The translations under genes and the position numbers were made by a program. A stretch of DNA of 23,334 nt from Candidatus Rifleibacteriota bacterium (GTDB lineage Bacteria > Muiribacteriota > Ozemobacteria > Ozemobacterales > Ozemobacteraceae). Below are positions 16,926-23,334 of this stretch, piece by piece. Position 1 is the stretch's first letter. Every line of letters starts with the position of its first letter. Where the stretch lies: positions 1 through 23,334 of the forward strand of contig JBNJGH010000050.1 of the NCBI GenBank assembly GCA_051747585.1, written 5' to 3'. The notes beneath the pieces were generated by a model. That model was not told where the DNA came from. It made no database searches and saw only the letters and a program-made list of their open reading frames with translations.

Positions 16926-18374
16926 ATGGAAGCAAAACAAAGGGTATTGGCGTTTTTTGTTCTTGCCGTAACGTTGTTAACTGGCTGTAGTCTCGGTGGT
17001 GACGATGGAGACTCAACCGGACCCGTAGTTCCAACTGAATATGTTACCCTGTCCGGAACCTTGACCGCACCGGAGCAGATAGAGTCTTCACTTATTGCTA
17101 ATTTGCTACAAAACACCGATTCACAGGTAAGAGACGCTTTTGATGATTCAGCCGTCTTTGTTAATGGAGCACGAAACAGTAATTTTACTCTTAACCCCCT
17201 TTCATCAACTCCAAACTGGTCGTTCAGGCTCCCCAATGTGGCAAAAAGCAGTAACGATAAATATAGAGTCGAAGTAACAGTGGGTAAAATTAATCTTAAG
17301 TCTCTGGTAACATCGGCCAACAAAGATAATTTCAAAATAAACACTCAAACTACCGCTTCATTGATGCTTGCAGATGCTACCGGCATGTCAGTCGAAAACC
17401 TGCTTGCTTCTTACCCTTCATTTGTGACCGACGTCGAAGCAAGTCTTATAGACGCTTCAAAACAGAATTCAGAAATAATTAACTCTTCTATAGTAAAAAT
17501 TGCTTCGGTCACTGAAGAAATAAATAATCAGAAAAGTTTTATTACTGACCTGCAGGGAATTGAAACAACCGCAAAAGTTGCTTACCTTGAGTCTGAAAAC
17601 GACCTTGATGGTGATGGAATTATAGATGTTAAAGTTGAACCCAATACTTATGGAACCAGAGTAAGATTTTATACCGCACTTTCAAGTGCTACTTCATTTC
17701 TTGAAGGCATAGAAACAATCCAGGGTTATACTGACGATAGGTTATTGCAGGATTTCGATCAGGGACTTACCTCTGCTACAAGGTTTTTTTCGCCCCAATC
17801 GGCTGATTTTGCTCTAGGCCTATATTTTAAAAAGTCCGCCGCAGCTGACGAATATCTTAAGCTTTTTGTCAGACGAATAGATTTAGATGAGGGTGAGTTG
17901 CAGGGGGTAGTGGCCGAATATGAAATAGTTAAAACCGAGACTACCGCAATAGCTACCGGAACCAAAACCTTTATGCTTGTCGGCGAGACTCCGGTAGAAG
18001 GAGCAGTTGTGGCCTCTAATTTTATTACAGACACTGAAGAAACCGGGCCCTATGTTATGTCGTTCTTAAGCGCAGCTGACGGGCTTGGTAACAATGAAAC
18101 CCCTATGGTTAAATACCTTCAGGGAAAACCGGAGTTGAAAGATATAACAGCTGCAGAAACTTATCTTGCAGGTGGCGGTAATTATTATTACAACACCACA
18201 GAGGCTTTAAAAGCGTCTTATAATGACCGTACCATCGAAGTTGACGATGTTTTTTATGCCTACTTCCCCAGCAGTAAGAATTATGCTTTGTTTAAAATCC
18301 AATGGATAGATACAGATCGAGTTACCGTTGATTATGTGGTTAATTCTGCAGAAAATGAGCCAAGATTTAACTGA
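16926..18374 (+). CDS. Hypothetical lipoprotein
   Basis: Lipobox LTGC (Cys21) after a hydrophobic core, flexible GGDDGDSTGP linker, Ca-binding-like DLDGDGIID loop, and RBS GGGAG. Confidence 0.8.
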   Translation: MEAKQRVLAFFVLAVTLLTGCSLGGDDGDSTGPVVPTEYVTLSGTLTAPEQIESSLIANLLQNTDSQVRDAFDDSAVFVNGARNSNFTLNPLSSTPNWSFRLPNVAKSSNDKYRVEVTVGKINLKSLVTSANKDNFKINTQTTASLMLADATGMSVENLLASYPSFVTDVEASLIDASKQNSEIINSSIVKIASVTEEINNQKSFITDLQGIETTAKVAYLESENDLDGDGIIDVKVEPNTYGTRVRFYTALSSATSFLEGIETIQGYTDDRLLQDFDQGLTSATRFFSPQSADFALGLYFKKSAAADEYLKLFVRRIDLDEGELQGVVAEYEIVKTETTAIATGTKTFMLVGETPVEGAVVASNFITDTEETGPYVMSFLSAADGLGNNETPMVKYLQGKPELKDITAAETYLAGGGNYYYNTTEALKASYNDRTIEVDDVFYAYFPSSKNYALFKIQWIDTDRVTVDYVVNSAENEPRFN

Positions 18375-18406
18375 AGTTGACGTAGTTTAAGCTTAACTGT
18401 TATTTT

Positions 18407-19393
18407 ATGCACATGAGACAACCTGAGAATTATAAAAAGCAGAGCGATGGAAAATTTAAATGTTTGCTTTGCCCAAATTTCTGTGTTCTTGCAGAAGGTC
18501 AGACCGGCAAATGCCTGAGCCGGGGGGTGCGAAATGGCAGTTTTCAGCTGCTTAATTACGGTCATGTGGTGGCGGCCGGTGTCGATCCCATTGAGAAGAA
18601 GCCCCTGTACCATTTCTTTCCTGGCAGAGCGGTTTTATCGGTCGGTTCGTATGGGTGCAATCTTAGATGTAAATTTTGCCAGAACGCCGATATATCACAG
18701 TCTGAGCAGCCTTCAACCATGATGACCCCTGAGCAACTACTGCAGAAAGCATTTAATCTCCAGGATAATATTGGGGTTGCTTTTACCTACAACGAGCCCG
18801 GTATCTGGTATGAATACATACTAGACTGTGCTCCGAAGCTGCGTGAGTCAGGGTTAAAAACTATTCTGGTTACCAACGGATTTCTTTGTTCCGAGCCATT
18901 CAAAGGCCTTTGCAAAGTCGCTGATGCTATGAACATTGATTTAAAAGCGTTTAACCAGGGTTTTTATAAAGATGAATGTCAGGGCGATTTCGAGACCGTT
19001 AAAAATAATATAATCACTGCAGTTGAGTCTGGTATTCATGTAGAACTTACCAATCTGGTAATAACCGGCTTAAATGATTCAGAGGCCGAATTCAGAAAAA
19101 TGGTAGATTGGGTTGCAGGCTTGAACCCGGATATTCCATTTCATATTTCCAGGTATTTTCCGCGATATCTTGAAACTGCTCCGGCAACAAAAATTTCAGT
19201 TATTGAACGCTTTGTCGAAATTGCAAAAGAAAAGCTGAGTTTTGTATATGCCGGTAATATTGCCGGTAATCAAAATACCTGTTGTAAAAAATGTGGTAAA
19301 ATTCTGGTTGAACGAACCGGCTATTTTATCAGATTAAACTTTGAAGGACGAAAATGTGAGTGTGGCTGCGAACTTCCATTTGTTCTTGATTGA
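18407..19393 (+). CDS. amrS: AmmeMemoRadiSam system radical SAM enzyme (PFL-activating-enzyme-like)
   Basis: N-terminal CLLCPNFC...GKC, family motif DPIEKKPLYHFFPG, radical SAM CNLRCKFC, TYNEP, and C-terminal CKKCG...CECG. The start could be 18407 or 18413. Confidence 0.88.
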   Translation: MHMRQPENYKKQSDGKFKCLLCPNFCVLAEGQTGKCLSRGVRNGSFQLLNYGHVVAAGVDPIEKKPLYHFFPGRAVLSVGSYGCNLRCKFCQNADISQSEQPSTMMTPEQLLQKAFNLQDNIGVAFTYNEPGIWYEYILDCAPKLRESGLKTILVTNGFLCSEPFKGLCKVADAMNIDLKAFNQGFYKDECQGDFETVKNNIITAVESGIHVELTNLVITGLNDSEAEFRKMVDWVAGLNPDIPFHISRYFPRYLETAPATKISVIERFVEIAKEKLSFVYAGNIAGNQNTCCKKCGKILVERTGYFIRLNFEGRKCECGCELPFVLD

Positions 19394-19413
19394 AATTTTG
19401 TGAGGAAATTAAC

Positions 19414-19914
19414 TTGAACGATAATCAGCAGGACAGTTCAGAATATAACAGGCAATTTGACTGGGGGCCTCCTGCCAACAGTTGGCTTGATAAATTCAAA
19501 GAAATGCTGGTTTATCTGATATTTATTGCCTTACTGGCACTTGGAGCATGGTTCTTGCTTGATGTTAGCGGAAAAAAAAATCTGGAAAAACCCTTAACAG
19601 GTACTTTGCAAAGTAATAAGGTTAATAAAGATATTAAGGCTACTGAGCAAGTGGCCAGGCCACAAAAAGAGAAAAAGACTTCAAATATAAAATATCTGGT
19701 TCAGTTGGGCGCCTTCGCAAGCAAAGAAAGTGCTCAAATGGCTTTTGATGCACTTAAAACCGAAGGCTTTTCACCAACACTTTCTGAACCTGATGAGCAG
19801 TATGAAATTTACCGGGTTTCCCTGGGGCCCTTTTCAGACGAAGCAGAAGCAGAATATCTGGCTGAAAAACTCAATTCATTAGAATTCCATTCATTTGTGA
19901 TAGAATACCGATAG
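19414..19914 (+). CDS. Membrane-anchored SPOR-domain protein (FtsN/DedD-like architecture)
   Basis: Start TTG 19414 is preferred over 19390 (GAGG at 19402-19405). One TM segment (LVYLIFIALLALGAWFLL), a basic linker, and SPOR motifs YLVQLGAF...A and YRVSLGPF...EAE. Confidence 0.85.
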   Translation: MNDNQQDSSEYNRQFDWGPPANSWLDKFKEMLVYLIFIALLALGAWFLLDVSGKKNLEKPLTGTLQSNKVNKDIKATEQVARPQKEKKTSNIKYLVQLGAFASKESAQMAFDALKTEGFSPTLSEPDEQYEIYRVSLGPFSDEAEAEYLAEKLNSLEFHSFVIEYR

Positions 19915-19935
19915 AACATAAACGGGGGGTTAATC

Positions 19936-20868
19936 TTGGCTATTAAAAGTTCTAAAGAAACGACGGTCTCAATTAGTTTTCTATCGCCGTTTATGATTTG
20001 TTTTGCCGTTTTTCTTGTTTTCCCTATTTTTTACTCTTTTTATCTGAGCTTTTTTGGCTCACCGACAGACTATAGTTTGGCAAACCTCGAGTTTGTAGGG
20101 CTGAAAAACTACTATAGAATTTTTACTGATTTTCAGTTCTGGTGGTCTCTTGGGGTGACTGCGCTTTACGGTCTCATGACTATTCCTCTTGGAATTGTCG
20201 TATCTTTAACTCTGGCATTATTGCTCGATAATAAGCTGTTTGGTAAAAGCTTTTTTCGCAGTGCTTTTTTTCTCCCAAACGTTCTTGATATGCTGGTGGT
20301 AGGTGTAATATGGACTCTGATTTATGCCCCCAAGTTTGGTGCCCTGGCTCAGATAACGACCTGGCTGTTTAGCGAAGAAAACTTTTTTAATACTACTGGC
20401 ATGCTTGGTAGTCCCTATACGGCCTTGCCTGCTGTTGTTATTGCAATGGTGCTCAAAGGAGCAGGTTTTGGTATGGTTCTGTTTCTTGCCGCTTTGCAGA
20501 ACATACCTCACACCATTTACGAAGCTGCTGATATAGACGGAGCTTCAGAGTGGCAGAAATTTCGTAATATAACGGTGCCTCTACTCAAGCCAATAATTGT
20601 TTTTATGCTTATTACCGGAGTAATTGCTTCATTAAACGCTTTTACCGAAATATACGCCATGACTTCAGGTGGGCCTCAGGTTGTGGTTGGCGGAGAAACA
20701 GTAGGTTCAACTTCTGTTGCCGGTTATTATCTTTACAAACAGTTTGAAGCCGGTAATTACGGTTATGCAGCCGCCATTTCTTATATGTTGCTGATTATAA
20801 CCCTGGGAATTACCTGGATTCAGCAGCGGTTTGCCGCCAGAAAAGAAAAACAGGAGGCCGCAAAATGA
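19936..20868 (+). CDS. Carbohydrate ABC transporter permease (MalF/UgpA-like)
   Basis: FVGLKNY, FFRSAFFLP, and EAA loop IYEAADIDGASEWQKFRNITVPLLKP; multiple TM segments. Confidence 0.92.
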   Translation: MAIKSSKETTVSISFLSPFMICFAVFLVFPIFYSFYLSFFGSPTDYSLANLEFVGLKNYYRIFTDFQFWWSLGVTALYGLMTIPLGIVVSLTLALLLDNKLFGKSFFRSAFFLPNVLDMLVVGVIWTLIYAPKFGALAQITTWLFSEENFFNTTGMLGSPYTALPAVVIAMVLKGAGFGMVLFLAALQNIPHTIYEAADIDGASEWQKFRNITVPLLKPIIVFMLITGVIASLNAFTEIYAMTSGGPQVVVGGETVGSTSVAGYYLYKQFEAGNYGYAAAISYMLLIITLGITWIQQRFAARKEKQEAAK

Positions 20869-22049
20869 TCACCAACAAAGCACAAAAAACAAGCCCCTTT
20901 AGAATCCTGATTTTCATGGTTTTGATTGTTGGCCTTATTTCAATTACTTACGTAGCTTCTGGTCAGCTCTTTAAATTTGGAGCTATGGTTGTTACCGCTT
21001 TCGCATCAGGCGACACGCCCCCCGCCGGCGACGGAGCTCCCCCGGCTTCTGCCGACATAATGGTCAAATTAATGCCCGTTTATAATGGAATGGCAGTAAT
21101 TCTGGCTATTGCTCTTACCATTTTTGCAATTAGAAGATATATGGGAACAATCAGCGAAAATCGCGCAACTTTCCTTAAAAAGATGTTTCTTTATGAAGCT
21201 CTTATAGTTGGGGTTGTTGTTGTTCTTTTCCCTTTCTTCTGGATGCTGTGCACTTCATTTAAACCATCTGGGCAGGAACTGCTTATCAATAAGTCAAATC
21301 CTTTCGATATAGTGCCATCAAATCCCACTTTGATAAACTTCAAGAAAGTACTCAAAGTCGATGAAGCTTCTCTTAAGATGGCAGAAGAAGATCCAATCGA
21401 GCAGAAAAAGAACTTTGGCACCTATTTCCTGAACAGTTTGCTGGTGTCTACAACCGCCGCTTTTCTGATAACTTTGTTTGCTGCGATGGGAGCCTATGTT
21501 TTTTCCAAAAAAGAGTTACCTTATAAGCAGCAGATGTTCATGCTGTTGCTGGCAACCATGATGATACCGGGGATGATGTTTATGGTTCCCCAGTTTTTTA
21601 TGGTTTGTAAAATGGGCCTGTTTGGTACCAAGTGGGCAATGTTTTTACCTCATCTTGCATCTGTTTTCGGTATTTTTATGCTTAAACAGTTTATGGATAC
21701 TATTCCCGATTCATTGCTCGAGGCTGCCCAGATTGATGGCGCTTCTGAATGGCAGGTATTCAGAGTAATTATAGTGCCATTGGCGTTGCCTATTATTCTT
21801 ACTCTATTTTTACTTACTTTCCTTTTTCACTGGTCAAACTTCCTCTGGCAGCTGATTGTAACAAATTTTGAAAATCCGCTGAGTATTACTCTTCCGGTGG
21901 GCCTGGCACTTTTTAGAGGTCAATATACTTCAGAGCTTGGTTTAATTATGTCGGCTTCCTGTTTTTCTATTGTGCCTATCGCTGTTTTATTCCTTTTCGC
22001 CCAGCGATATTTTATTGAAGGCATGACCCAGGGTGCAGTGAAAGAATAG
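20865..22049 (+). CDS. Carbohydrate ABC transporter permease (MalG/UgpE-like) with N-terminal membrane extension
   Basis: ATGA overlap with the previous gene; PFFWMLCTSFK, YFLNSL, EAA loop LLEAAQIDGASEWQVF, WSNFLWQL, and QRYFIEGMTQGAVKE. Confidence 0.92.
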   Translation: MITNKAQKTSPFRILIFMVLIVGLISITYVASGQLFKFGAMVVTAFASGDTPPAGDGAPPASADIMVKLMPVYNGMAVILAIALTIFAIRRYMGTISENRATFLKKMFLYEALIVGVVVVLFPFFWMLCTSFKPSGQELLINKSNPFDIVPSNPTLINFKKVLKVDEASLKMAEEDPIEQKKNFGTYFLNSLLVSTTAAFLITLFAAMGAYVFSKKELPYKQQMFMLLLATMMIPGMMFMVPQFFMVCKMGLFGTKWAMFLPHLASVFGIFMLKQFMDTIPDSLLEAAQIDGASEWQVFRVIIVPLALPIILTLFLLTFLFHWSNFLWQLIVTNFENPLSITLPVGLALFRGQYTSELGLIMSASCFSIVPIAVLFLFAQRYFIEGMTQGAVKE

Positions 22050-22058
22050 GAGCATATA

Positions 22059-23300
22059 ATGAAGGAAAATAAACTAATAATCCTGGCAGTTATAGCCTAC
22101 ATAGCTCTGGTAATGGTCAGCTGGAACGACACCATCGAAAAAACCAAAGATGGTCGGGCTATTATTACTTTCTGGCATACCTATAACGATCTCGAAGAAG
22201 GGTATTTGAAAGATGTAATCAAAGAATGGGAAAGTAATAATGCAAGTTTTACCATTCGCCCGGTAAGGTTGCCCTTTGATGGCCACAAGCCCAAGCTTAG
22301 AACTGCGCTTACCGTTGGGCAAGGCCCTGATATGGCCAGAGTCGACTGGTCTTTTGTCTGTGAACTGGCTCGCAAAAATGCAGTAGCAGATCTCGAGCAG
22401 TTTGGATTTTCGCAAATTCGTGACCGTTATCTTAAAGCCCCCCTTGAAACAGGCTATATAGACGGCAAATACTACGGCATACCAGATCAGACCACTTGTG
22501 TTGCCATGTTTTATAATAAAAAGCTGTTTAGAAAAGCAGGGCTCGAGCCCAAAGTTCCCGAAACCTGGGAAGAATTTGTAGAAGTTGGCAAAAAGCTTAC
22601 CGACACTTCCAAAGGTCAGTATGCATTTGCGATGCTTAACACACTCTGGTGGAATCTGCCCTTTTTTAACACCTTCGGTGCCCGGGTTGTTTCTGCTGAT
22701 GGCAAGGAGTGTGTACTTGATTCCGAAAAAGGCATTGCTGCCCTGGAATTTATGGCTGATCTTTTTAACAAGCATAAAATTGAAGCAGGGGCATGGCGGC
22801 CCGGAGCAATTTCACCCGAGCAGGGCTTTGTTAATGATAAATACGCCATGATTTTTATGGGGCCATGGAACCTGGCCAAGTTTAAAAACACCGATCTGGA
22901 TTATGGGGTCGGTCTCATACCGGCAGGACCTGCCGGAACTTCGACTAACGTCGGTGGCACTGATACCGTTATTTTTAAGCATTCTAAATATAAAAAAGAA
23001 TGCTATGACTTTCTTACTTTCTTTACTAATGCTAAAAACCAGGCGCGTTGGTGTTCTGAGCTTAATCAGCTTCCAATTAATCTCGGAGCTTATGATCTGG
23101 TAGAGTTTGAAGACGAACAACTCAAAGTTTTCATGGAGCAGATGAAGCATGCAAAAGTGAATCCTGTTGTTACCAGCTACGGTCTACTTGAAGACATAGT
23201 TAACCCGGAAATGGAGGCCGTTCTTTCCGGCCAGAAGACTGCAGAACAGGCGTTAAAGAATGCTGCAACCAAAGTAAACGAGAGGGTTATAGACTTATAA
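22059..23300 (+). CDS. Carbohydrate ABC transporter substrate-binding protein (SBP family 1)
   Basis: ITFWH, GQGPDM, DGKYYGIP, MFYNKKLF, PETWEEF and MIFMGPW motifs; RBS AGGAG. Confidence 0.92.
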   Translation: MKENKLIILAVIAYIALVMVSWNDTIEKTKDGRAIITFWHTYNDLEEGYLKDVIKEWESNNASFTIRPVRLPFDGHKPKLRTALTVGQGPDMARVDWSFVCELARKNAVADLEQFGFSQIRDRYLKAPLETGYIDGKYYGIPDQTTCVAMFYNKKLFRKAGLEPKVPETWEEFVEVGKKLTDTSKGQYAFAMLNTLWWNLPFFNTFGARVVSADGKECVLDSEKGIAALEFMADLFNKHKIEAGAWRPGAISPEQGFVNDKYAMIFMGPWNLAKFKNTDLDYGVGLIPAGPAGTSTNVGGTDTVIFKHSKYKKECYDFLTFFTNAKNQARWCSELNQLPINLGAYDLVEFEDEQLKVFMEQMKHAKVNPVVTSYGLLEDIVNPEMEAVLSGQKTAEQALKNAATKVNERVIDL

Positions 23301-23317
23301 TTATTGAGAGGTGTTTT

Positions 23318-23334
23318 ATGTTGAAATTTGATCT
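23318..23334 (+). CDS. Start of the next gene (partial, MLKFD...)
   Basis: GAGGTG RBS followed by ATG at 23318, open to the window edge; too short to assign. Confidence 0.45.

Noticed and set aside
22074..22775. 233-aa antisense ORF, and other antisense/alternate-frame ORFs inside gyrA, gyrB, dnaX, HEAT-CheR and the lipoprotein
   Set aside because: They are shadows of well-supported genes with no recognisable motifs.

Overview
AT-rich bacterial chromosomal window that looks origin-proximal. In order it holds: the 3' end of a probable DUF721/DciA-like gene, a RemB/DUF370-like gene, gyrB, gyrA and an FtsB/DivIC gene; a stable-RNA operon (tRNA-Ser TGA, Ser GCT, Arg GCG, Ser GGA and a long Alu-type SRP RNA); dnaX; and a 533-bp intergenic region rich in DnaA-box-like motifs. 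An accessory block follows: a secreted hypothetical protein, a FlgM-like anti-sigma factor with its own sigma28-like promoter and an extra C-terminal domain, a TPR protein, and a two-gene unit of a CheY-like receiver plus a 1032-aa HEAT-repeat/CheR fusion with degenerate active-site motifs. The window ends with a REP/RPE-like palindromic element, a lipoprotein, an AmmeMemoRadiSam radical SAM enzyme, a SPOR protein and a carbohydrate ABC transporter (two permeases plus a binding protein). The best candidates for new biology are the CheY + HEAT-(pseudo)CheR module, the extended orphan FlgM, the DnaA-box cluster behind dnaX, and tRNA-Arg(GCG) at a locus lacking tadA. No transposase, integrase, phage gene or CRISPR array was seen. 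All calls come from reading motifs by eye; no database searches were run.
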